In this document: positions 33,543 through 45,770 of the stretch, one piece after another
Layout: every line of letters starts with the position of its first letter
How positions within the stretch are numbered: position 1 is the stretch's first letter
Source of the DNA: Marsupella aquatica
Taxonomy: Eukaryota; Plantae; Marchantiophyta
Direction of reading: 5' to 3'
Length of the DNA stretch: 64,000 nt
Assembly: GCA_973895155.1 (NCBI GenBank)
Contig: OZ316899.1
Coordinates: 6,823,241 to 6,887,240, forward strand
Program-made: the position numbers and the translations under genes
Notes under the pieces: model-generated
Seen by the model: the letters and a program-made list of their open reading frames with translations, nothing else
The model's database searches: none
What the model was told of the DNA's origin: nothing

Positions 33543-35264
33543 TGCACCCCCCCTTAAAAATGGTCACATCCGCATGACCTCAGTAAACGTTCCAACACGC
33601 CTAGACCACTTTGGGCCTTAAAACATTTATGAGATAACAAATGGTTTGCCCATAAGGTTAATGCAAACCAGGTTGGTATGCGCATTCCAGACTTAGGAAA
33701 TTCCAACCTATCCCACTTATCCAAGTAGGATGCCAGTCCAATCGGGTAAGCTAACTCCAAACTCATCGGACCCATTGTTCTCCCCTTGGGGTACTCCCCT
33801 TTGGTTCAAACCAGCCCGCCCACAGATGTAAGGCGGGCACCATCTACTTCCACTCGCAAAAAACAAATTGGCCGCCCAACAACCTCTAGCACCAACGCAA
33901 TCTGACTTTATCCTTAAGAGGCCAAAAGGAGTGAAACTAGGATACAACTCACAAAGGTAGCTACAATTGCCTGTACCAGATCACAACGGTGGTACGCCGC
34001 TTTGCTTACGATAGCTTCCAAGGATCTCTGAGGCATTACCCAAATTTTTTTCCAGTTCCCAAGTACTCTCGGCCTGATCATAGCCAGCCCACTTCACCAA
34101 ATAATCTAAGATTTGCCTTTCCAACTTGCGTTTGTAACGGTGGTCCATAATTGCCTCAAACTTCTCAGCGTCTCCACCAGCATGGCGTCCGGACGCAAGA
34201 CCTGATCCCGGTTGGGATCATCGTCTTTGACAAACTTCTTGAGCCAGATAACATGGTAGCTCTTGCCCACGCCCATTTCCTTGGGTGTTTCCAACACCAC
34301 CAAAACCGGATTATCCTTGTTGGCCCATTGTATGATATGATAGGGCCCCGTATATCTGGGAGTCATCTTCCTACTTATGTTCCCATGGTATTGCTCAGGT
34401 CTCAACTACAACCAGACGCTCTCCCCAATTTCAAAGCTTACCTGCCGTCAATGTTTATCCCCTTGCTCCTTGTACCGACTTTGGGCAAGGGTCATACCCT
34501 TGGTAGCCGCTTCCACAACTAGGCGCCGCTCTTGAATAAAATTGTGTGCTGAAGGAACCTTGCTTTCCGTCCGCCAAGCTTCCGGATTTATAAACCAGGA
34601 GGGCGCCCTTGGCATCCTCCCTGTGGCCAACACAAACGGCGCAAACCCTGTTGCCGAATGCTTGGTCGAGTTATACCTAAACTCGGCCATTGTTAAGTGC
34701 TTTGCCCAATCCTTTTGATTGGCCGTCACAAAGTGATGCAAGTAGTCCTCCACGATACCATTCACTTGTTCTGTTTGGCCATCGGTCTCATGATGATATG
34801 CTGATCCCCTAGTCAGGTCCGTCCCGGATAACCGAAACAACACCTTCCAGAAATGGCCCATGAACTTGGTATTGCGATCGGACAGGATATGCAACGGCAA
34901 TCCCCATTGTCAAACACTAGATCGGCAACCTCTCGGGCCAAAACCATTTTCCTAGTAGGCAAGAAATACGCCATCTTGGAAAAACAATCCACAATTGTTA
35001 AGATGGAGTTACTGCCGTGGGACTCAGGTAACCCAACAATGAAGTCCATGGAGATAGACTCCCATGGAGCCGCAACTACCGGTAAGGGTTGCAGAAGTCC
35101 TCCTTTTGCCCTATAGATTGTTCAGTTCTTTTGGCAGGAGTATCAACTTTGCATGTGGCAAAGGACCGATTGCTTCATGTTCGGCCAATACACATCTCGC
35201 GACATGCTGCAATACGTAGCGGCTTGTCCTCCATGCCCTCCCTAGGGCGAGTCATGGTACTTTT

Positions 35265-37178
35265 TGTAGAGTAGGGTTTAGAGTAAGAGTAACTATTCTT
35301 CTCTTTAAAATCCTAGATTCGTTCCCATTAAGAGTTTGTGAGACCTTAAAGATTGTGTTACGATACTTTGAGTACTTTTGAGTAATAAACTCAGGTTACA
35401 AGCCTTATTAACATGCTTAGGTTTATGGAAGGAATTCTATGATACTTCCATGAAAGGTATGACGTTTGTATCGTCCATAGTGCAATCAAAAGGGGATAAA
35501 AAGTGTTAAACAAAACCAAAAGCCAGCGGCATGAAAACTGATAGAAAGCGAGTTATAGATGGAAATACACCCTATCACTACATAGCAACTTATGGCCAGC
35601 GGTAGTACATTAAGAATCATCGGTGTAAAAACTCATGTAAAACTGATGCCTACATATCCTCTTCAAACCAGCCATCTTAGAAATTTATAAAAGATTAGTA
35701 TAAGATAGTCCGTATTGATTTTCTGACCTATGTCAAAGCAAGGTGGTACTAATCACTCCGAACCAACTTATTCTTTTATTCAATCCATCAGATTGTTCTT
35801 TTGGATCTATGCAATTTATGGAATTCTAGTGGTGAATTTGTATCAGCTCCTCATTGAATATAAGAGCTCTATAGTCAACACGAATCAATAGACTTTTGCA
35901 TGATCTCATGCATGCATTTCCAGTCAGCCTACGGGTCAACCAAGCATTACTAGTCACATCAAACAGCTTCTTCCAGTAAAGGATAATCGCACACTAATGT
36001 TGAATCACAAATCATAGATTACCAAAAACTAGAGTATACTTCTCATTGCTTAATTACTTCAAAGAGAAGCCAGGAGACTTAAGGTTGAAAGATAATTTCA
36101 TGAAAGTCATATTAAGCCTAAGTCTAAGGTTCAAGGAGGAAACTCTCTCTCTTATATAGAAGAGAGATCCCCTTGAGAAAACACTTATGAAAAGACATGC
36201 CTTTTCATTATATCAAAACTAATCAGGTTTACTAGGTAAAAATAACTAAACTATGTGAAAGAGGAGAGCATATCTCTTCCTTCATTTCTTACAAAACATG
36301 GAAAATGGTCAAAACAAAGGCTAAAAACATATTTCCGGTTCAACCTCCTTTGGAAATAAAAGCAGAATCCGGTTCATTGGTGTAGGTAAAATGTAGGAGT
36401 GCAAGAGTAATCACAATGATGATGGAATCTCTTCATCTTCAAATGAATGGGTACATCTTTTCATAGTATCCTTTCATACTTAGTTAACCATTTTGATTGG
36501 TCAAGGTCCATTGCCATGGATCATACTTCCTATTGGTCCAGAGTTATCTTGAAGGTCTTATATGGAAGTGTCGCTTCAAAATCTTCATTACATTCTTTGT
36601 TCGGAAATCTCGGATATCTCTTGGTTGCACCGGTTGGAGTCTCATAATATTAAGTGGGTCATTTCGAATCCATTTTCAGACTTCTTTATATACATCTTAA
36701 CCGCCTTGGAAAGAGCTTTCCAACACACTTTACAGATCTTGATTTCAATAAATGGTTTGAGTGTTATGGTCAATTTACTATCGGGTGGTATGTTCAAGCC
36801 GGTTCAGTTTCCGGTTCAACCGGGTTCTCGCCGGTTCAACCTCCTTTGGTCTCTTGGTTAGACTATGAGTCTATTCTAAACTTATGGTTTTACTCTTCAG
36901 ATCTTTGGTGTGATGTCATTCTCTCATAAAAATATCTCGGATTGAAAACATCGGGAAGTCTTCCAAATGGATTAGGGAGGTTGAACCAGTTTTTGCCATT
37001 TTGAACTAGCCTCAATGTTTTCGACTAAAATTTAGAACACAATGATTTCTAGTTAAGCTTCCTTAATTGTCTCAAAGTTGCATTGGATGTCTCTAAAGTA
37101 GGATTATAAACATTTAAACAGTAAAAATTTCAAGACTTTTCTTCTTTTCTCTCTTTAAGAAATAAGTACCATCTCACA
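35265..37178. mobile_element. AT-rich solo LTR (1914 bp) of an unrelated family, inserted in A2 pol
   Basis: TGTAGAG...CTCACA ends; 5-bp TSD CTTTT (35260-35264, 37179-37183); the flanks rejoin as in the A3 copy near 63120-63170; no coding motifs. Confidence 0.85.
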
Positions 37179-40100
37179 CTTTTGCAGAACCTCTGACCTT
37201 AGAGACTCTGGTATGTACACACACCTCTGCTTGTATCGCCATAGCTGAACATTATGCGTCGTATCCAACCCCAATGACATGTGCCTTACCTTGCCTTGGC
37301 TACCCCCATTGCTTTGTCATTCCTTAGCTAACCTGTTATCCCCATACGCCGTGACCAGAACCTTTGGCCACTCGGATTCAAGCATCGTGATCCCATTGAC
37401 ACGATGATGGTCCTTACGCGATAACGCGTCAACGTGTTTGTCTTCCCAGGAACGTGACGGACTTTGAAATCAAAATCCGCCAAGAACATCTGCCAACGCA
37501 TTTCCTTGGGGTTCAGCCTTGGCTTAGAACTAAAGTACCCAGGCGGCGAGCTATCTGTGTGGATTACCACTTTGGGACCGTTCTTAAGGTAAATCTCCCA
37601 CTTCTTCAATGCATAGATCACAACATACATTTCCCTTTCCAGTGTGATCCAATGATTTTCCAACTTACACGACTCAAAGGCCACAGGACGCCCATTTTGG
37701 TGAAGACAGGCGCCAATAGCATAATCACTTGCGTCTGTCCAAATCTTGAACGGCTTCCCCATCTCAGGTAACTTTAGAACCGGCGGCGTTATCATCAACC
37801 GCTTAAGTTTTAGGAATGCTAACTCACAATCATGTGTCCACACAAACACTTTGTTTTTCAACGTTAGCATGTTTAGGGGCCTCACAATCCTTGCATAGTC
37901 TATCATGTATCTCCGATAGAACCCCGTAAATCCTAAGAAGGCTCTAACTTGCCTTACATTGGACGGGCGCTCCCATTCTTTGATCTCCTTAAGCTTGTCC
38001 TGACTAGGCGTAATCCATTCCGGGGTAAAGGTATGGCCAAGGAACTGAATCTAGTTCATCGCAAACTTGCACATGCTAGGTTTAGCAAAGAGACAAGCCT
38101 TACAAAGGCGAGAGAACACTTCTCTGAGCAACTGCTCATGTTCCTCCAACATTTTCAAGTAGATTAGGATGTCGTCAATAAAGACGACCACTCCTTGGTC
38201 CAACAAATCATGAAAGATGGTATTCATCATCTTCATGAACATTGCGGTTGCATTACACAACCCAAACGGCATAACCAAAAACTCATAGGATCCAAACCTT
38301 GTGCGCATCGCGGTCTTATACTTGTCTCCCTTAGCCATGCGGATCTGGTAATACCCAGACCGCAAGTCCACATTTGAAAACTTCCTAGCCCCTGAGAGGC
38401 AATCGAAGAGGTCATCCATATGAGGTAACGGGTACTTGTTCTTTACCGTCTGCTTATTGAGGCCCCAATAATCTGCGCACAATCTCAAAGTACCATCCTT
38501 TTTGGACACAAACAGCGCGGGCGCCCCATAAGGACTCTTACTGGGACAAATGAACCCTTGGTCGATCAACTCTTCCAAGGCGTTCTTCAACATCATTCAT
38601 TTGTTCAGGTTCAAACGATAAGGAGCTTTAGCTTGAGGAGCCAACTCAACTTGGTGATCCACTTCTCACCGCGGGGGTAAATGTTTAGGTAGCTTCTGCG
38701 AGAGCATATCATTGAATTCCTCTAAAATTTCAGGAATTTGGCCGCAGGTAGGCCCAACCTTAGCTGACTTAACCTTTGGCTGCAAAGCAGCCTCCTTAAC
38801 TGGGTGGAGATGAAAGAAGAAACATTCATGTCCACCCTTGAAATCTTTCCACCATTGCTTCGCCGATACACACGGAGACAACCACGACACTTTACTTACT
38901 TTGAGAACTATTTCTTTATTTTTTGTAACTTCATGTACAACGATGGGCTCACCGCCCTTATTGGGAAAATGAAGCACCTCATCCCCCAGTTTCAAGGTAA
39001 CATTGTGCTTTCTAAGATAACCTACCGAGAAAATGAAGTCTACGGCTAGAGTGTCTAGAACATAGAACATCTCTTGATTAACAAAATTTTGTTGTTCGCC
39101 TATGACCTCTACCCCAAAGTCTATGTACCACTCTTGACACTATCCCTTTTGTGTTGTTGGCAAACTTGCACACTAATGGGTGTAGCAACTCTTGCACGTC
39201 CACCCCAAGACGTGCCACCGCCTGCCCGCTTATGAAGCAGGCGGTCGCGCCTGTATCCACCAAAGCAACACTCAGATTACCGTTAGAAGTGACATTAACA
39301 AAAATCAGTTTTTCAGGATCCATTGTCTTAACCTTAGGTATCTTCTCTCGCAACAACACCTTCTCTCCGGCAAGAACATCCCCTACAGGGACCTGTCAGC
39401 TACTAAGGGTTCGGTTAGAGCGATACTTACCTTAATGCTCTTCTGCCCTCCATCTCCGCTTGGCTTGCCACCTTTTGTGGAACAATCCTTACTTTGATGG
39501 CCCATGGACCCACACGTGAAGCACAAACCTTCTGCTCGCCTCTGCTCCATGAGTGCCTGCTTCTTTGCTTTCTGCGCCGATGAGGTTCCTTTCTTGAAGT
39601 TGCCGGCCTTCCGGTTTTGCTTAGCTTCTCCATCCTGGGGCTGGGGGTCCAAACCACCGGCCCCCGCCCCCTCCGGTTGTTTACGCTTATTCCCGGGACC
39701 TTTTGCTTTCCCAGCTTCCCCCTCGGATCCCTTGCCACCCACCTTCGCCAAGTCCGGTCTGTTATTCACCAACGTAGTGGCCTTGTCAAAAGCGTCAGAA
39801 AGCATTTTGAACTCATGACGCTTTCCTGTAACTTTCCCTGAGCAGCGGTGGGAGCTTCACTATAAAGTTGTGAAGCTGTGTATGTAGGGTCTCCTGCCTG
39901 CCGGGATACACGCCAACTGGTTTTGGTAATAAGTGATGAACTTTTGGATATCACCCCTGAAGCTCATCTCCGTTACACATTTCTGAGCGTGGGTACTTTG
40001 TGGTGACATGAGCACGGGTACTTTGTGGTGACATGAGCACGGAGTCCCTCAACCAGGTTTTCCCAAGTTAATGGCAAGGAAGAGTCTTCCCTTGACTTCT

Positions 40101-41505
40101 TCCATGACTTGTACCAAGTCAAGGCATAGTCCTTTAGGTAAGGAGCGGCTGCGGTAGCCCAAGCGGATCGCTCAATGCACGCCTGGAGATGAATCTCCAT
40201 CGTGGAGAGCCAACTCAGGAACTTTTGTCCACTTTGCTCATAGGCCCCGTCGTAAGTTGGAGGAGTTGGTAGTTAGTTCACTTGGAACATACTCCGTCCA
40301 ACTACCATTCCCCCCTCAGGACGGAGGTGTTTACAAAAGACAGCAAATAGGAAACAAGATTTAATAACAGAAACTGGTAACAGGAAGAAACACTGGTAAC
40401 AGGAAAATGGGTGGAATTTTTTTTTGAATTCTTTTTTTTTGACAGTTCGGCTGCCATGTCTTCTTTGTCTTGCTTGTAACGTTTGTCTAGGAAAGTTGAC
40501 CCGTTGTCGCGAGGACTGAAAGTTAGGGGCTCCTCGGGCAAACTGCGCGGTTTTGGCTGCGATTGGGATAGGCAACAAGCACTTTTTGGAGCAAACTCTC
40601 ACTCCTTTATATTTTTTACTTTTCTCACAAAGGTTACAATAGGTGCCCTCGAGTAAGCTTGCTCGCAAGAGTCTGGTAGCTGGCCCTACGGTGGGCCGCT
40701 ACCTCTAACTTGTCGAGTAGAACTCCTTGAGTGACTAACTACTCAAAATCTGATGGAAAAACTATCCTCCTTAGCTCACAAAACCAAAACTCGACTAGCT
40801 ACTCCACTAGTCTAAAACAGCTCACACGGAACTCGGGCCTGGACCAACAAGGCTCCAAACTTGAGAAATCCCCGCCTGGATCAAAAACTCCACACCTAGA
40901 TCCAAAACTTGCCCAGAACTCCAAAACCGCCGCACAACAATCGAGTTCCGCAGAACGGAGCGGAACTCACAGAACGCAACTCAACAGATCTCAATAGACA
41001 ATCGCCAACCTCAATGAGCCGAGGCTCAAGTCTTAAGTAGCATTGGAAACCCAACCATCCAGCCTGAGCCAGCTGCCATCAGCGAGGCTCATCCAAACTC
41101 CAAGCCTGGTGACTCACCCAAACACCAACCTGGTGACGATGAGTCACCCAATCACCAAACCTCAATCCATTCAACCAAGCAGCCCCTCCAAGTCAGCATG
41201 CACGCAACCCAACCGGGAGGCCTCGCCCATCATCCCCTATAAAAGCCATTCTTGAGCCAAAATCTTTCGGCATGATATCCTCCCCCAGTAAACCGGAGCA
41301 GCCTCCGGTCTACTCCAATCATCAGATTTCCTCTAAGTCTGAGTCCGAACTTGAGCCATGCGCCTGGACCACTTCCTCCTCAAGAAACTCAAACCCAAAG
41401 CCTTCAGACTCAGCCTTAGGCACTCCACTTTCCAGAAACTCGAAGTCCAACTCATCCAAATCAGAACCAATCAAGCCACTTTCAAAACTCAAGTCCAACG
41501 GATGC

Positions 41506-41802
41506 CTCTGGGGTTTCACTTCCACAAAAATGGCATATCATGTGCGACGAAGGATAGGGTCATTTTATTGGTTGTAAGGGAAGACTTAAGAATTTTTGTA
41601 GAAGAACAATAGGGTCTTTTAAATTCAATTTTGAGACTTATAAGAACATTAGGGCCTTTTTAATCCAATTTTTGGAATATTCCAAGAATATTCCAACTTT
41701 ATAGGGGTTAAAAAATAATATTTTTTTCTTACATTTTAGGGGGTCCAAGGCCTAAAAACGTCGCAGGTGATGGGGAGGTCCCCATGTAGTGAGACCCCCA
41801 AG
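41506..41802. mobile_element. MITE / non-autonomous DNA transposon (297 bp) with 8-bp TSD (hAT-like)
   Basis: TSD ACGGATGC (41498-41505, 41803-41810); imperfect TIRs ctctggggtttcact / agtgagacccccaag; AT-rich interior that is absent from the related element C. Confidence 0.8.
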
Positions 41803-44800
41803 ACGGATGCACCTGGACCAGTGCCTTGTCTTCAAATTCACTCAAGTCGGAAGTTGAGTCCATTCCCTTCTCGGTCCTCCTCTTGAAGATCTTCACCCTT
41901 TTCCCTGCGTAAGGTACTTGGTGAACTGTTCCATCCAACTCCCGAATAGTGTAGGTGGCATTTGCATGAACAACAACCACCACATACGGACCTTGCCACC
42001 TCCGAGAAAACTTGTTTTGGCTCAAGTGTTGCTCGTGCAACTTACTTTCGTAAACCAGAACCCAATCTCCTTCCTTAGCCAAGATAGGCTTCAACCGATG
42101 AGTCCTGTCGAACCTGCCCTTGTTCCTTAACCTCGCCATCTTCAATTGCTTCCGAGCCACCTCAATCTTCGCGGGTAACAAGTTGAAGTGTTTGATCCTT
42201 CGAGCCAGCAACTCCTCTCTCGAAACTTCATCTTTCCATCCAATCAGTCGCCAGCTGCAAACATCTTCCTCGAGTGGCATCATTGGCAAGTGCCCAGTAA
42301 GTAGCTCAACCGGAACGTATCCGGTCACTGAGCTACAAGTCATCCAATCCGCTAATAGAGCAAGTGGAGACTCGACCACCTACCCAAGTCCCCATCACAA
42401 GCCTTACCCAAAGCGCTCACAATCTGGATGTGCCCCCTTTCAGATTTCCCATTGCATTCCGGATTGTAACTCGAAGTCAGCTTCAGTTATGCGATATTGG
42501 TCAAAAACCTCTTGCGCTTCCTTGGAGCTGAGCTCCCCCCTATCAGCTCTGATCCTTGTAAAGCACCCATGCCTTGCAATGATATCCTCAAGTATGAACT
42601 GGCAAACGGCAGCAATAGTGTTCGAAACCAACGCTCTCCCTTCCACATAAGAAGACAAGTTTTCTCTCGCCAAAACCAAGTATCTCGCCCCATTGCTCTC
42701 TCTCGGCATGTACACCACATCAACAGCTCATTGAAAGTGTAGAGCCATGGGGTAAGTCGGAACCAATCCATCCCTATGTCGGATCCTTGAGTAAAACTGG
42801 CAAATCTCGCAAGTCTTGACATAGTCTCGAACGACCAAGTATAAACCTGGCCACCAGTACAGCTTCTGAACCCTCTCGTAAGTTGAATGCACCCCTTTGT
42901 GCCCAGCCATTCAGCATCATGGCACTCTTTGAGAATTTGGTCTTTCTCATCCTTAGTATCCACAACCCTCTGCAACAACTGACTTGGGTCCTTATGCCTT
43001 TGCCACAAGTAGCCCTCCCTCAATAGGAACTTGTAAGATCTTTTCCGGATCTTGACAAACTCCTGGTAACTCCACTCTGGTTGCTTCTCCAAAGTGCTAA
43101 TATAACGCCCGATATGCAGCAACTCTCACAAGTAGAGTTCTTCCTTGAACTCGAGACTTCCAACACTTTTGGTTCCGGTCATCTCGCCAACTCTCGTTGC
43201 TACCTCATTTCCGAATCTCGCCCTTGACAGCATGTTGGCAACCGGATTATCCTTTCCCGCAATGTGACTTAGCTCAGGGTTGAACATCCAAATGAAAGCA
43301 ATCCACCTGAGCATCGCTATGTCAGGCATCTCACAATTCGCAATCTCCCCAACAACGATTGACAATCAGTCTCAACCACCACCGGCGCCCCAATCAAATA
43401 GTTCCTCTCCTGATGGAGTGCCACTTTGGCACCCCAAAGCTCCCTCTTAACTTGGGCATATCTCCTTTGCCTTTCCGTAAAAAAATGTGCCCCAAATCTG
43501 ATCGCATACCTTTCCCCATTCTCATCATCTTGCCCAACAATTCACCCGACTGCAAACAGACTCGCATCAATAGTCATGATCAGTTGTCGCCCGCTCTCAT
43601 AGTCCACAGCTCAGAGAACTGGTGGGCTCATGAGAGCACTCTTAAGCTTAGCCATTGCTTCACTATGCTTGGGTAGCCATCTCCACTTAACCTTTTTCCT
43701 CAACAGCTCATAGAGCAGGTCCGCCAGGTGCGAGAAGTGAGGGATCCAGATCTTGTAAAAGAAACAAGCACCCAAAAACCTCCAAACTTCCGGCACCGAT
43801 TCACAATCCTTCATCTTGCTAATAGCTCTCACCTTATCCATGTTTGGCTTCCTTCCATAAGATCCGCACATTTTCCCAACAACTTTCACCTCTTTCATCC
43901 CGAATTCAGACTTCTCCCTCGAAAGAGTGACTCCCACATCAATCAGCTTCTTGAGAACTGCCTTAACATCAGCAATGTGATCCCACACAAACTGCCGGAT
44001 CCCATCACTCCTCAAGGTCTCATCCTTCCTTTCAGCCAAGCACCCCTTTATCGGGACATCATCAATGAACGGTCTTGCTTTTTCCGGAATGAACGGCTCC
44101 AAGATTTTACTCATCGCATTTTGCATGTGCGCTACTGAGTTTTTCGCCCCTTGAGGAAGAGTGCACATCCTCAAGAGGCCTAGCGGGGTCCTCATAGTCG
44201 TAATGTCTTGTCTCTCTTGTGCCAATTGGAACTGGTCGTAACCCAAAAACAAATCACCCATGGAGTAGATTGCCCTCCCAGCAAACTCCTCCGCAAACTC
44301 ATCCATGAGTGGCCCAACTCCCACATTCCTGATGGTCACCTTGTTTGGAGGTTGCATATCCTGAATGAACCTCAAGCTCCCATTCTTCTTTCTCATTGTA
44401 AACCATCTATTTGAGTAGGGAGCATCAGACCTCTCGAGAATCATAGCACTCAGCTTGTCCTTAAGCAGTTCTGCAAGCTTCGGAGCTAAAGCCCGCGGAA
44501 CCAAAATCGGTTTCAGATCCCACGGAACATGAGGGACAGTAAAGATGACCATCAGTGTCACCTTACTTGGATTTGCACAACCAATCTCCTCAATCAAAAA
44601 CGAGAATGCCTTGCCATGCTCCATTATCATCTTTCAAAATGCCACTTGCTCCACCTCCGTAAGTAACCCATCCGAACCAATCTTAAGCTTCACCAAACTC
44701 TCTTGAGTAAACTTATGCCCTATCCGATCAGTTGGCCTCAACCTTGGTTCCAATCTTGCTCGATCCATAACCTCCATCGCATCGTCCGGCAAAGGTATCA

Positions 44801-45634
44801 CCGCCGGCCTCACCTTCTTATCGACCATCTTGTATTTGGTACTCGAGTATACAAGCACGGCCATAGATGAGTACTGCCTTTCCAACTCCTTCTCCAGCTT
44901 GTCCCTTCCCAAGTTAGACTCCGCACATTTGAGTGGCTCATCCTCTCCATTATCCATCATGTTTTCCCCTTCACAAGGAGCTAAGGAACGAGCACTCCGC
45001 CGATCCACTCTTTTCAGCAAAGTGCCAAGTCATTTTCCGGACCTAGACCAGAGTCGGCACTCTCAGTCCTCAACCCTTTCCTATTCCTCTCGTTTCCACG
45101 TAAAATAGCCAGAAATTGAACCACCTCTTTCCCATCTTTGCTCCAAACCTTCACCATGAAGGTAGTATCGTCCAGAACCTTTGTCTCCATCCTCCATTCA
45201 GTGATGAACGGCATGCCCAGTATCACCGGAAACGACAAGTGCTCATGAACAAAAATGTTACAAGCCTGCTTGACATTCCCGAACTTCACCATCACATTGG
45301 GACATCCGCCCCAAAGATAGTCCTTCATCAAACTCATCGAGTTCACACTCCAAAGCAACTCATTATCCACCGGCCAATTCCCCTTTTGAAACACCTTTGG
45401 ATCCATCAAGTTGATCTCCAAGCCAGTATCAATGAGCGCCCGCACCTTGCCTTCCATTCCTTCCAACTGGCACTCGCTCTCCGGACTTGCTCGAGCCCAG
45501 TATCCATCTCGGTAAGCATAATTGTTTCCTTTCATTGAGCCCATGACATGAATGGTCCTGGATTGTGCGGTAATGCCTTCTCGCTCTTTCCCTTCAGTCG
45601 GGTCCCTGTTTGCCATAGACTCAGCTTTGCTTCC

Positions 45635-45770
45635 AATTCCCATGAGCTCCTTTTCCGTATCGAAGAACTCATCGTCCAAGTCCATGAGCTCCTCTTCTGC
45701 ATCAAAGAACTCATCGTCCAAGTCCATGAGCTCCTCTTCCGCATCAAAGAACTCATCGTCCATCAGCTCC
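45635..45770 (-). repeat. In-frame 42-bp tandem repeat, ~3 copies, encoding ELMDLDDEFFDAEE
   Basis: ORF 45014-45958 contains ELMDDEFFDAEEELMDLDDEFFDAEEELMDLDDEFFDTEKELM. Confidence 0.85.

Noticed and set aside
36447-36929. ORFs inside the 1.9-kb AT-rich insert
   Set aside because: No motifs; the TG...CA ends and 5-bp TSD identify the insert as a solo LTR.
39991-40040. 25-bp tandem duplication in A2 gag
   Set aside because: Real, but an ordinary decay mutation.
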